From contig OZ059895.1 of assembly GCA_964057225.1 (NCBI GenBank), positions 4,774,001 to 4,838,000 of the forward strand: a stretch of 64,000 bases of DNA, in the 5' to 3' direction. The notes beneath the pieces are model-generated. The model had not been told where the DNA came from. It ran no database searches and worked only from the letters and a program-made list of their open reading frames with translations. A program made the translations under genes and the position numbers. Shown piece by piece: positions 12,801-27,800 of the stretch. The stretch is from Auanema rhodensis. Taxonomy: Eukaryota; Animalia; Nematoda. Every line of letters starts with the position of its first letter. Position 1 is the first letter of the stretch.

Positions 12801-15800
12801 AGCAAAAAGTAGATGTTTTTAGATTCCTTTTTCTAAGGCAAAGATGATGGACAATGTTATTCAACGAAAAAATCAATTCTTCAGGGTGAAAATCGAGGAT
12901 ATAAGTGTGAACTTATATCAGTTGATATCTCGGTGAATTTTTAAGCTAGCGCAAATCTGATAACACAGATCGACGCAGCTTAAAAATCCGCATCGAATGC
13001 ACTTTACTACATTGAGAAACGCTTAATACAAAAATTAGTTATGATCGTTTGAAAAATGATGCATTAGTGTATGTTGAGTTTCCATGTACACTCAACATTG
13101 CTTCCAAAAACATTTTGACAAAAATTTTTTCGAAAAATTTCAAAATAATTTAGCAAAAAGTAGATGTTTTTAGATTCCTTTTTTCAAGGCAAAGACGATG
13201 GACAATGTTATTCAACGAAAAAATTAATTCTTCAGGGTGAAAATCGAGGATATAAGTGTGAACTTATATCAGTTGATATCTCGGTGCATTTTCATTCAAG
13301 CTAGCGCAAATCTGATAACACAGATCGACGCAGCTTAAAAATCCGCATCGAATGCACTATACTTCATTGAGAAACGCTTAATACAAAAATTAGTTATGAT
13401 CGTTTGAAAAATGATGCATTAGTGTATGTTGAGTTTCCATGTACACTCAACATTGCTTCCAAAAACATTTTGACAAAAATTTTTTCGAAAAATTTCAAAA
13501 TAATTTAGCAAAAAGTAGATGTTTTTCGATTCCTTTTTTAAGGCAAAGATGATGGACAATGTTATTCAACGAAAAAATCAATTCTTCAGGGTGAAAATCG
13601 AGGATATAAGTGTGAACTTATATCAGTTGATATCTCGGTGCATTTTCAAGCTAGCGCAAATCTGATAACACAGATCGACGCAGCTTAAAAATCCGCATCA
13701 AATGCACTATACTTCATTGAGAAACGCTTAATACAAAAATTAGTTATGATCGTTTGAAAAATGATGCATTAGTGTATGTTGAGTTTCCATGTACACTCAA
13801 CATTGCTTCCAAAAACATTTTGACAAAAATTTTTTCGAAAAATTTCAAAATAATTTAGCAAAAAGTAGATGTTTTTAGATTTCTTTTTTTAAGGCAAAAA
13901 TGATGGACAATGTTATTAAACGAAAAAATTAATTCTTCAGGGTGAAAATCGAGGATATAAGTGTGAACTTATATCAGTTGATATCTCGGTGCATTTTCAA
14001 GCTAGCGCAAATCTGATAACACAGATCGACGCAGCTTAAAAATCCGCATCGAATGCACTATACTTCATTGAAAAACGCTTAATACAAAAATTAGTTATGA
14101 TCGTTTGAAAAATGATGCATTAGTGTATGTTGAGTTTCCATGTACACTCAACATTGCTTCCAAAAACATTTTGACAAAAATTTTTTCGAAAAATTTCAAA
14201 ATAATTTAGCAAAAAGTAGATGTTTTTAGATTCCTTTTTTTAAGGCAAAGACGATGGACAATGTTATTCAACGAAAAAATTAATTCTTCAGGGTGAAAAT
14301 CGAGGATATAAGTGTGAACTTATATCAGTTGATATCTCGGTGCATTTTTAAGCTAGCGCAAATCTGATAACACAGATCGACGCAGCTTAAAAATCCGCAT
14401 CAAATGCACTATACTTCATTGAGAAACGCTTAATACAAAAATTAGTTATGATCGTTTGAAAAATGATGCATTAGTGTATGTTGAGTTTCCATGTACACTC
14501 AACATTGCTTTCAAAAACATTTTGACAAAAATTTTTTCGAAAAATTTCAAAATAATTTAGCGAAAAGTAGATGTTTTTAGATTCCTTTTTTCAAGGCAAA
14601 GACGATGGACAATGTTATTCAACGAAAAAATTAATTCTTCAGGGTGAAAATCGAGGATATATGTGTGAACTTATATCAGTTGATATCTCGGTGCATTTTT
14701 AAGCTAGCGCAAATCTGATAACACAGATCGACGCAGCTTAAAAATCCGCATCGAATGCACTATACTTCATTGAGAAACGCTTAATACAAAAATTAGTTAT
14801 GATCGTTTGAAAAATGATGCATTAGTGTATGTTGAGTTTCCATGTACACTCAACATTGCTTCCAAAAACATTTTGACAAAAATTTTTTCGAAAAATTTCA
14901 AAATAATTTAGCAAAAAGTAGATGTTTTTAGATTCCTTTTTTTAAGGCAAAAATGATGGACAATGTTATTAAACGAAAAAATTAATTCTTCAGGGTGAAA
15001 ATCGAGGATATAAGTGTGAACTTATATCAGTTGATATCTCGGTGCATTTTTAAGCTAGCGCAAATCTGATAACACAGATCGACGCAGCTTAAAAATCCGC
15101 ATCGAATGCACTATACTTCATTGAGAAACGCTTAATACAAAAATTAGTTATGATCGTTTGAAAAATGATGCATTAGTGTATGTTGAGTTTCCATGTACAC
15201 TCAACATTGCTTCGAAAAACATTTTGACAAAAATTTTTTCGAAAAATTTCAAAATAATTTAGCAAAAAGTAGATGTTTTTCGATTCCTTTTTTAAGGCAA
15301 AGATGATGGACAATGTTATTCAACGAAAAAATCAATTCTTCAGGGTGAAAATCGAGGATATAAGTGTGAACTTATATCAGTTGATATTTCGGTGCATTTT
15401 CAAGCTAGCGCAAATCTGATAACACAGATCGACGCAGCTTAAAAATCCGCATCGAATGCACTATACTACATTGAGAAACGCTTAATACAAAAATTAGTTA
15501 TGATCGTTTGAAAAATGATGCATTAGTGTATGTTGAGTTTCCATGTACACTCAACATTGCTTTCAAAAACATTTTGACAAAAATTTTTTCGAAAAATTTC
15601 AAAATAATTTAGCAAAAAGTAGATGTTTTTAGATTCCTTTTTTCAAGGCAAAGACGATGGACAATGTTATTCAACGAAAAAATTAATTCTTCAGGGTGAA
15701 AATCGAGGATATAAGTGTGAACTTATATCAGTTGATATTTCGGTGCATTTTCAAGCTAGCGCAAATCTGATAACACAGATCGACGCAGCTTAAAAATCCG

Positions 15801-15802
15801 CA

Positions 15803-18800
15803 TCGAATGCACTATACTTCATTGAGAAACGCTTAATACAAAAATTAGTTATGATCGTTTGAAAAATGATGCATTAGTGTATGTTGAGTTTCCATGTACA
15901 CTCAACATTGCTTCGAAAAACATTTTGACAAAAATTTTTTCGAAAAATTTCAAAATAATTTAGCAAAAAGTAGATGTTTTTCGATTCCTTTTTTAAGGCA
16001 AAGATGATGGACAATGTTATTCAACGAAAAAATCAATTCTTCAGGGTGAAAATCGAGGATATAAGTGTGAACTTATATCAGTTGATATTTCGGTGCATTT
16101 TCAAGCTAGCGCAAATCTGATAACACAGATCGACGCAGCTTAAAAATCCGCATCGAATGCACTATACTACATTGAAAAACGCTTAATACAAAAATTAGTT
16201 ATGATCGTTTGAAAAATGATGCATTAGTGTATGTTGAGTTTCCATGCACACTCAACATTGCTTCCAAAAACATTTTGACAAAAATTTTTTCGAAAAATTT
16301 CAAAATAATTTAGCAAAAAGTAGATGTTTTTAGATTCCTTTTTTCAAGGCAAAGACGTTGGACAATGTTATTCAACGAAAAAATTAATTCTTCAGGGTGA
16401 AAATCGAGGATATAAGTGTGAACTTATATCAGTTGATATCTCGGTGCATTTTTAAGCTAGCGCAAATCTGATAACACAGATCGACGCAGCTTAAAAATCC
16501 GCATCGAATGCACTATACTTCATTGAGAAACGCTTAATACAAAAATTAGTTATGATCGTTTGAAAAATGATGCATTAGTGTATGTTGAGTTTCCATGTAC
16601 ACTCAACATTGCTTCGAAAAACATTTTGACAAAAATTTTTTCGAAAAATTTCAAAATAATTTAGCAAAAAGTAGATGTTTTTAGATTCCTTTTTCTAAGG
16701 CAAAGATGATGGACAATGTTATTCAACGAAAAAATCAATTCTTCAGGGTGAAAATCGAGGATATAAGTGTGAACTTATATCAGTTGATATCTCGGTGCAT
16801 TTTCAAGCTAGCGCAAATCTGATAACACAGATCGACGCAGCTTAAAAATCCGCATCGAATGCACTATACTTCATTGAGAAACGCTTAATACAAAAATTAG
16901 TTATGATCGTTTGAAAAATGATGCATTAGTGTATGTTGAGTTTCCATGTACACTCAACATTGCTTCCAAAAACATTTTGACAAAAATTTTTTCGAAAAAT
17001 TTCAAAATAATTTAGCAAAAAGTAGATGTTTTTAGATTCCTTTTTTCAAGGCAAAGACGATGGACAATGTTATTCAACGAAAAAATTAATTCTTCAGGGT
17101 GAAAATCGAGGATATAAGTGTGAACTTATATCAGTTGATATCTCGGTGCATTTTTAAGCTAGCGCAAATCTGATAACACAGATCGACGCAGCTTAAAAAT
17201 CCGCATCAAATGCACTATACTTCATTGAGAAACGCTTAATACAAAAATTAGTTATGATCGTTTGAAAAATGATGCATTAGTGTATGTTGAGTTTCCATGT
17301 ACACTCAACATTGCTTTCAAAAACATTTTGACAAAAATTTTTTCGAAAAATTTCAAAATAATTTAGCAAAAAGTAGATGTTTTTAGATTCCTTTTTTCAA
17401 GGCAAAGACGATGGACACTGTTATTCAACGAAAAAATTAATTCTTCAGGGTGAAAATCGAGGATATAAGTGTGAACTTATATCAGTTGATATCTCGGTGC
17501 ATTTTTAAGCTAGCGCAAATCTGATAACACAGATCGACGCAGCTTAAAAATCCGCATCCAATGCACTATACTACATTGAGAAACGCTTAATACAAAAATT
17601 AGTTATGATCGTTTGAAAAATGATGCATTAGTGTATGTTGAGTTTCCATGTACACTCAACATTGCTTCGAAAAACATTTTGACAAAAATTTTTTCGAAAA
17701 ATTTCAAAATAATTTAGCAAAAAGTAGATGTTTTTAGATTCCTTTTTCTAAGGCAAAGATGATGGACAATGTTACTCAACGAAAAAATCAATTCTTCAGG
17801 GTGAAAATCGAGGATATAAGTGTGAACTTATATCAGTTGATATCTCGGTGCATTTTTAAGCTAACGCAAATCTGATAACACAGATCGACGCAGCTTAAAA
17901 ATCCGCATCGAATGCACTATACTTCATTGAGAAACGCTTAATACAAAAATTAGTTATGATCGTTTGAAAAATGATGCATTAGTGTATGTTGAGTTTCCAT
18001 GTACACTCAACATTGCTTCGAAAAACATTTTGACAAAAATTTTTTCGAAAAATTTCAAAATAATTTAGCAAAAAGTAGATGTTTTTCGATTCCTTTTTTA
18101 AGGCAAAGATGATGGACAATGTTATTCAACGAAAAAATCAATTCTTCAGGGTGAAAATCGAGGATATAAGTGTGAACTTATATCAGTTGATATTTCGGTG
18201 CATTTTCAAGCTAGCGCAAATCTGATAACACAGATCGACGCAGCTTAAAAATCCGCATCGAATGCACTATACTACATTGAAAAACGCTTAATACAAAAAT
18301 TAGTTATGATCGTTTGAAAAATGATGCATTAGTGTATGTTGAGTTTCCATGTACACTCAACATTGCTTCCAAAAACATTTTGACAAAAATTTTTTCGAAA
18401 AATTTCAAAATAATTTAGCAAAAAGTAGATGTTTTTAGATTCCTTTTTTCAAGGCAAAGACGTTGGACAATGTTATTCAACGAAAAAATTAATTCTTCAG
18501 GGTGAAAATCGAGGATATAAGTGTGAACTTATATCAGTTGATATCTCGGTGCATTTTTAAGCTAGCGCAAATCTGATAACACAGATCGACGCAGCTTAAA
18601 AATCCGCATCGAATGCACTATACTTCATTGAGAAACGCTTAATACAAAAATTAGTTATGATCGTTTGAAAAATGATGCATTAGTGTATGTTGAGTTTCCA
18701 TGTACACTCAACATTGCTTCGAAAAACATTTTGACAAAAATTTTTTCGAAAAATTTCAAAATAATTTAGCAAAAAGTAGATGTTTTTAGATTCCTTTTTC

Positions 18801-21800
18801 TAAGGCAAAGATGATGGACAATGTTATTCAACGAAAAAATCAATTCTTCAGGGTGAAAATCGAGGATATAAGTGTGAACTTATATCAGTTGATATCTCGG
18901 TGCATTTTCAAGCTAGCGCAAATCTGATAACACAGATCGACGCAGCTTAAAAATCCGCATCGAATGCACTATACTTCATTGAGAAACGCTTAATACAAAA
19001 ATTAGTTATGATCGTTTGAAAAATGATGCATTAGTGTATGTTGAGTTTCCATGTACACTCAACATTGCTTCCAAAAACATTTTGACAAAAATTTTTTCGA
19101 AAAATTTCAAAATAATTTAGCAAAAAGTAGATGTTTTTAGATTCCTTTTTTCAAGGCAAAGACGATGGACAATGTTATTCAACGAAAAAATTAATTCTTC
19201 AGGGTGAAAATCGAGGATATAAGTGTGAACTTATATCAGTTGATATCTCGGTGCATTTTTAAGCTAGCGCAAATCTGATAACACAGATCGACGCAGCTTA
19301 AAAATCCGCATCAAATGCACTATACTTCATTGAGAAACGCTTAATACAAAAATTAGTTATGATCGTTTGAAAAATGATGCATTAGTGTATGTTGAGTTTC
19401 CATGTACACTCAACATTGCTTTCAAAAACATTTTGACAAAAATTTTTTCGAAAAATTTCAAAATAATTTAGCAAAAAGTAGATGTTTTTAGATTCCTTTT
19501 TTCAAGGCAAAGACGATGGACACTGTTATTCAACGAAAAAATTAATTCTTCAGGGTGAAAATCGAGGATATAAGTGTGAACTTATATCAGTTGATATCTC
19601 GGTGCATTTTTAAGCTAGCGCAAATCTGATAACACAGATCGACGCAGCTTAAAAATCCGCATCGAATGCACTATACTTCATTGAGAAACGCTTAATACAA
19701 AAATTAGTTATGATCGTTTGAAAAATGATGCATTAGTGTATGTTGAGTTTCCATGTACACTCAACATTGCTTCCAAAAACATTTTGACAAAAATTTTTTC
19801 GAAAAATTTCAAAATAATTTAGCAAAAAGTAGATGTTTTTAGATTCCTTTTTTTAAGGCAAAAATGATGGACAATGTTATTAAACGAAAAAATTAATTCT
19901 TCAGGGTGAAAATCGAGGATATAAGTGTGAACTTATATCAGTTGATATCTCGGTGCATTTTTAAGCTAGCGCAAATCTGATAACACAGATCGACGCAGCT
20001 TAAAAATCCGCATCGAATGCACTATACTTCATTGAGAAACGCTTAATACAAAAATTAGTTATGATCGTTTGAAAAATGATGCATTAGTGTATGTTGAGTT
20101 TCCATGTACACTCAACATTGCTTCCAAAAACATTTTGACAAAAATTTTTTCGAAAAATTTCAAAATAATTTAGCAAAAAGTGGATGTTTTTAGATTCTTT
20201 TTTTTAAGGCAAAGACGATGGACAATGTTATTCAACGAAAAAATTAATTCTTCAGGGTGAAAATCGAGGATATAAGTGTGAACTTTTATCAGTTGATATC
20301 TCGGTGAATTTTTAAGCTAGCGCAAATCTGATAACACAGATCGACGCAGCTTAAAAATCCGCATCGAATGCACTATACTACATTGAGAAACGCTTAATAC
20401 AAAAATTAGTTATGATCGTTTGAAAAATGATGCATTAGTGTATGTTGAGTTTCCATGTACACTCAACATTGCTTCCAAAAACATTTTGACAAAAATTTTT
20501 TCGAAAAATTTCAAAATAATTTAGCAAAAAGTAGATGTTTTTAGATTCCTTTTGTCAAGGCAAAGACGATGGACAATGTTATTCAACGAAAAAATTAATT
20601 CTTCAGGGTGAAAATCGAGGATATAAGTGTGAACTTATATCAGTTGATATCTCGGTGCATTTTTAAGCTAGCGCAAATCTGATAACACAGATCGACGCAG
20701 CTTAAAAATCCGCATCGAATGCACTATACTTCATTGAGAAACGCTTAATACAAAAATTAGTTATGATCGTTTGAAAAATGATGCATTAGTGTATGTTGAG
20801 TTTCCATGTACACTCAACATTGCTTCCAAAAACATTTTGACAAAAATTTTTTCGAAAAATTTCAAAATAATTTAGCAAAAAGTAGATGTTTTTAGATTCC
20901 TTTTTTCAAGGCAAAGACGATGGACAATGTTATTCAACGAAAAAATTAATTCTTCAGGGTGAAAATCGAGGATATAAGTGTGAACTTATATCAGTTGATA
21001 TCTCGGTGCATTTTCATTCAAGCTAGCGCAAATCTGATAACACAGATCGACGCAGCTTAAAAATCCGCATCGAATGCACTATACTTCATTGAGAAACGCT
21101 TAATACAAAAATTAGTTATGATCGTTTGAAAAATGATGCATTAGTGTATGTTGAGTTTCCATGTACACTCAACATTGCTTCCAAAAACATTTTGACAAAA
21201 ATTTTTTCGAAAAATTTCAAAATAATTTAGCAAAAAGTAGATGTTTTTAGATTCCTTTTTTCAAGGCAAAGACGTTGGACAATGTTATTCAACGAAAAAA
21301 TTAATTCTTCAGGGTGAAAATCGAGGATATAAGTGTGAACTTATATCAGTTGATATCTCGGTGCATTTTTAAGCTAGCGCAAATCTGATAACACAGATCG
21401 ACGCAGCTTAAAAATCCGCATCGAATGCACTATACTTCATTGAGAAACGCTTAATACAAAAATTAGTTATGATCGTTTGAAAAATGATGCATTAGTGTAT
21501 GTTGAGTTTCCATGTACACTCAACATTGCTTCGAAAAACATTTTGACAAAAATTTTTTCGAAAAATTTCAAAATAATTTAGCAAAAAGTAGATGTTTTTA
21601 GATTCCTTTTTCTAAGGCAAAGATGATGGACAATGTTATTCAACGAAAAAATCAATTCTTCAGGGTGAAAATCGAGGACATAAGTGTGAACTTATATCAG
21701 TTGATATCTCGGTGCATTTTCAAGCTAGCGCAAATCTGATAACACAGATCGACGCAGCTTAAAAATCCGCATCGAATGCACTATACTTCATTGAGAAACG

Positions 21801-24800
21801 CTTAATACAAAAATTAGTTATGATCGTTTGAAAAATGATGCATTAGTGTATGTTGAGTTTCCATGTACACTCAACATTGCTTCCAAAAACATTTTGACAA
21901 AAATTTTTTCGAAAAATTTCAAAATAATTTAGCAAAAAGTAGATGTTTTTAGATTCCTTTTTTCAAGGCAAAGACGATGGACAATGTTATTCAACGAAAA
22001 AATTAATTCTTCAGGGTGAAAATCGAGGATATAAGTGTGAACTTATATCAGTTGATATCTCGGTGCATTTTCATTCAAGCTAGCGCAAATCTGATAACAC
22101 AGATCGACGCAGCTTAAAAATCCGCATCGAATGCACTATACTTCATTGAGAAACGCTTAATACAAAAATTAGTTATGATCGTTTGAAAAATGATGCATTA
22201 GTGTATGTTGAGTTTCCATGTACACTCAACATTGCTTCCAAAAACATTTTGACAAAAATTTTTTCGAAAAATTTCAAAATAATTTAGCAAAAAGTAGATG
22301 TTTTTAGATTCCTTTTTTCAAGGCAAAGACGTTGGACAATGTTATTCAACGAAAAAATTAATTCTTCAGGGTGAAAATCGAGGATATAAGTGTGAACTTA
22401 TATCAGTTGATATCTCGGTGCATTTTTAAGCTAGCGCAAATCTGATAACACAGATCGACGCAGCTTAAAAATCCGCATCGAATGCACTATACTTCATTGA
22501 GAAACGCTTAATACAAAAATTAGTTATGATCGTTTGAAAAATGATGCATTAGTGTATGTTGAGTTTCCATGTACACTCAACATTGCTTCCAAAAACATTT
22601 TGACAAAAATTTTTTCGAAAAATTTCAAAATAATTTAGCAAAAAGTAGATGTTTTTAGATTCCTTTTTTCAAGGCAAAGACGATGGACAATGTTATTCAA
22701 CGAAAAAATTAATTCTTCAGGGTGAAAATCGAGGATATAAGTGTGAACTTATATCAGTTGATATCTCGGTGCATTTTTAAGCTAGCGCAAATCTGATAAC
22801 ACAGATCGACGCAGCTTAAAAATCCGCATCAAATGCACTATACTTCATTGAGAAACGCTTAATACAAAAATTAGTTATGATCGTTTGAAAAATGATGCAT
22901 TAGTGTATGTTGAGTTTCCATGTACACTCAACATTGCTTTCAAAAACATTTTGACAAAAATTTTTTCGAAAAATTTCAAAATAATTTAGCAAAAAGTAGA
23001 TGTTTTTAGATTCCTTTTTTCAAGGCAAAGACGATGGACACTGTTATTCAACGAAAAAATTAATTCTTCAGGGTGAAAATCGAGGATATAAGTGTGAACT
23101 TATATCAGTTGATATCTCGGTGCATTTTTAAGCTAGCGCAAATCTGATAACACAGATCGACGCAGCTTAAAAATCCGCATCGAATGCACTATACTTCATT
23201 GAGAAACGCTTAATACAAAAATTAGTTATGATCGTTTGAAAAATGATGCATTAGTGTATGTTGAGTTTCCATGTACACTCAACATTGCTTCCAAAAACAT
23301 TTTGACAAAAATTTTTTCGAAAAATTTCAAAATAATTTAGCAAAAAGTAGATGTTTTTAGATTCCTTTTTTTAAGGCAAAAATGATGGACAATGTTATTA
23401 AACGAAAAAATTAATTCTTCAGGGTGAAAATCGAGGATATAAGTGTGAACTTATATCAGTTGATATCTCGGTGCATTTTCATTCAAGCTAGCGCAAATCT
23501 GATAACACAGATCGACGCAGCTTAAAAATCCGCATCGAATGCACTATACTTCATTGAGAAACGCTTAATACAAAAATTAGTTATGATCGTTTGAAAAATG
23601 ATGCATTAGTGTATGTTGAGTTTCCATGTACACTCAACATTGCTTCCAAAAACATTTTGACAAAAATTTTTTCGAAAAATTTCAAAATAATTTAGCAAAA
23701 AGTAGATGTTTTTAGATTCCTTTTTTCAAGGCAAAGACGTTGGACAATGTTATTCAACGAAAAAATTAATTCTTCAGGGTGAAAATCGAGGATATAAGTG
23801 TGAACTTATATCAGTTGATATCTCGGTGCATTTTTAAGCTAGCGCAAATCTGATAACACAGATCGACGCAGCTTAAAAATCCGCATCGAATGCACTATAC
23901 TTCATTGAGAAACGCTTAATACAAAAATTAGTTATGATCGTTTGAAAAATGATGCATTAGTGTATGTTGAGTTTCCATGTACACTCAACATTGCTTCGAA
24001 AAACATTTTGACAAAAATTTTTTCGAAAAATTTCAAAATAATTTAGCAAAAAGTAGATGTTTTTAGATTCCTTTTTCTAAGGCAAAGATGATGGACAATG
24101 TTATTCAACGAAAAAATCAATTCTTCAGGGTGAAAATCGAGGATATAAGTGTGAACTTATATCAGTTGATATCTCGGTGCATTTTCAAGCTAGCGCAAAT
24201 CTGATAACACAGATCGACGCAGCTTAAAAATCCGCATCGAATGCACTATACTTCATTGAGAAACGCTTAATACAAAAATTAGTTATGATCGTTTGAAAAA
24301 TGATGCATTAGTGTATGTTGAGTTTCCATGTACACTCAACATTGCTTCCAAAAACATTTTGACAAAAATTTTTTCGAAAAATTTCAAAATAATTTAGCAA
24401 AAAGTAGATGTTTTTAGATTCCTTTTTTCAAGGCAAAGACGATGGACAATGTTATTCAACGAAAAAATTAATTCTTCAGGGTGAAAATCGAGGATATAAG
24501 TGTGAACTTATATCAGTTGATATCTCGGTGCATTTTTAAGCTAGCGCAAATCTGATAACACAGATCGACGCAGCTTAAAAATCCGCATCAAATGCACTAT
24601 ACTTCATTGAGAAACGCTTAATACAAAAATTAGTTATGATCGTTTGAAAAATGATGCATTAGTGTATGTTGAGTTTCCATGTACACTCAACATTGCTTTC
24701 AAAAACATTTTGACAAAAATTTTTTCGAAAAATTTCAAAATAATTTAGCAAAAAGTAGATGTTTTTAGATTCCTTTTTTCAAGGCAAAGACGATGGACAC

Positions 24801-27800
24801 TGTTATTCAACGAAAAAATTAATTCTTCAGGGTGAAAATCGAGGATATAAGTGTGAACTTATATCAGTTGATATCTCGGTGCATTTTTAAGCTAGCGCAA
24901 ATCTGATAACACAGATCGACGCAGCTTAAAAATCCGCATCGAATGCACTATACTTCATTGAGAAACGCTTAATACAAAAATTAGTTATGATCGTTTGAAA
25001 AATGATGCATTAGTGTATGTTGAGTTTCCATGTACACTCAACATTGCTTCCAAAAACATTTTGACAAAAATTTTTTCGAAAAATTTCAAAATAATTTAGC
25101 AAAAAGTAGATGTTTTTAGATTCCTTTTTTTAAGGCAAAAATGATGGACAATGTTATTAAACGAAAAAATTAATTCTTCAGGGTGAAAATCGAGGATATA
25201 AGTGTGAACTTATATCAGTTGATATCTCGGTGCATTTTTAAGCTAGCGCAAATCTGATAACACAGATCGACGCAGCTTAAAAATCCGCATCGAATGCACT
25301 ATACTTCATTGAGAAACGCTTAATACAAAAATTAGTTATGATCGTTTGAAAAATGATGCATTAGTGTATGTTGAGTTTCCATGTACACTCAACATTGCTT
25401 CCAAAAACATTTTGACAAAAATTTTTTCGAAAAATTTCAAAATAATTTAGCAAAAAGTGGATGTTTTTAGATTCTTTTTTTTAAGGCAAAGACGATGGAC
25501 AATGTTATTCAACGAAAAAATTAATTCTTCAGGGTGAAAATCGAGGATATAAGTGTGAACTTTTATCAGTTGATATCTCGGTGAATTTTTAAGCTAGCGC
25601 AAATCTGATAACACAGATCGACGCAGCTTAAAAATCCGCATCGAATGCACTATACTACATTGAGAAACGCTTAATACAAAAATTAGTTATGATCGTTTGA
25701 AAAATGATGCATTAGTGTATGTTGAGTTTCCATGTACACTCAACATTGCTTCGAAAAACATTTTGACAAAAATTTTTTCGAAAAATTTCAAAATAATTTA
25801 GCAAAAAGTAGATGTTTTTCGATTCCTTTTTTAAGGCAAAGATGATGGACAATGTTATTCAACGAAAAAATCAATTCTTCAGGGTGAAAATCGAGGATAT
25901 AAGTGTGAACTTATATCAGTTGATATTTCGGTGCATTTTCAAGCTAGCGCAAATCTGATAACACAGATCGACGCAGCTTAAAAATCCGCATCGAATGCAC
26001 TATACTACATTGAAAAACGCTTAATACAAAAATTAGTTATGATCGTTTGAAAAATGATGCATTAGTGTATGTTGAGTTTCCATGTACACTCAACATTGCT
26101 TCCAAAAACATTTTGACAAAAATTTTTTCGAAAAATTTCAAAATAATTTAGCAAAAAGTAGATGTTTTTAGATTCCTTTTTTCAAGGCAAAGACGTTGGA
26201 CAATGTTATTCAACGAAAAAATTAATTCTTCAGGGTGAAAATCGAGGATATAAGTGTGAACTTATATCAGTTGATATCTCGGTGCATTTTTAAGCTAGCG
26301 CAAATCTGATAACACAGATCGACGCAGCTTAAAAATCCGCATCGAATGCACTATACTTCATTGAGAAACGCTTAATACAAAAATTAGTTATGATCGTTTG
26401 AAAAATGATGCATTAGTGTATGTTGAGTTTCCATGTACACTCAACATTGCTTCGAAAAACATTTTGACAAAAATTTTTTCGAAAAATTTCAAAATAATTT
26501 AGCAAAAAGTAGATGTTTTTAGATTCCTTTTTCTAAGGCAAAGATGATGGACAATGTTATTCAACGAAAAAATCAATTCTTCAGGGTGAAAATCGAGGAT
26601 ATAAGTGTGAACTTATATCAGTTGATATCTCGGTGCATTTTCAAGCTAGCGCAAATCTGATAACACAGATCGACGCAGCTTAAAAATCCGCATCGAATGC
26701 ACTATACTTCATTGAGAAACGCTTAATACAAAAATTAGTTATGATCGTTTGAAAAATGATGCATTAGTGTATGTTGAGTTTCCATGTACACTCAACATTG
26801 CTTCCAAAAACATTTTGACAAAAATTTTTTCGAAAAATTTCAAAATAATTTAGCAAAAAGTAGATGTTTTTAGATTCCTTTTTTCAAGGCAAAGACGATG
26901 GACAATGTTATTCAACGAAAAAATTAATTCTTCAGGGTGAAAATCGAGGATATAAGTGTGAACTTATATCAGTTGATATCTCGGTGCATTTTTAAGCTAG
27001 CGCAAATCTGATAACACAGATCGACGCAGCTTAAAAATCCGCATCAAATGCACTATACTTCATTGAGAAACGCTTAATACAAAAATTAGTTATGATCGTT
27101 TGAAAAATGATGCATTAGTGTATGTTGAGTTTCCATGTACACTCAACATTGCTTTCAAAAACATTTTGACAAAAATTTTTTCGAAAAATTTCAAAATAAT
27201 TTAGCAAAAAGTAGATGTTTTTAGATTCCTTTTTTCAAGGCAAAGACGATGGACACTGTTATTCAACGAAAAAATTAATTCTTCAGGGTGAAAATCGAGG
27301 ATATAAGTGTGAACTTATATCAGTTGATATCTCGGTGCATTTTTAAGCTAGCGCAAATCTGATAACACAGATCGACGCAGCTTAAAAATCCGCATCGAAT
27401 GCACTATACTTCATTGAGAAACGCTTAATACAAAAATTAGTTATGATCGTTTGAAAAATGATGCATTAGTGTATGTTGAGTTTCCATGTACACTCAACAT
27501 TGCTTCCAAAAACATTTTGACAAAAATTTTTTCGAAAAATTTCAAAATAATTTAGCAAAAAGTAGATGTTTTTAGATTCCTTTTTTTAAGGCAAAAATGA
27601 TGGACAATGTTATTAAACGAAAAAATTAATTCTTCAGGGTGAAAATCGAGGATATAAGTGTGAACTTATATCAGTTGATATCTCGGTGCATTTTTAAGCT
27701 AGCGCAAATCTGATAACACAGATCGACGCAGCTTAAAAATCCGCATCGAATGCACTATACTTCATTGAGAAACGCTTAATACAAAAATTAGTTATGATCG

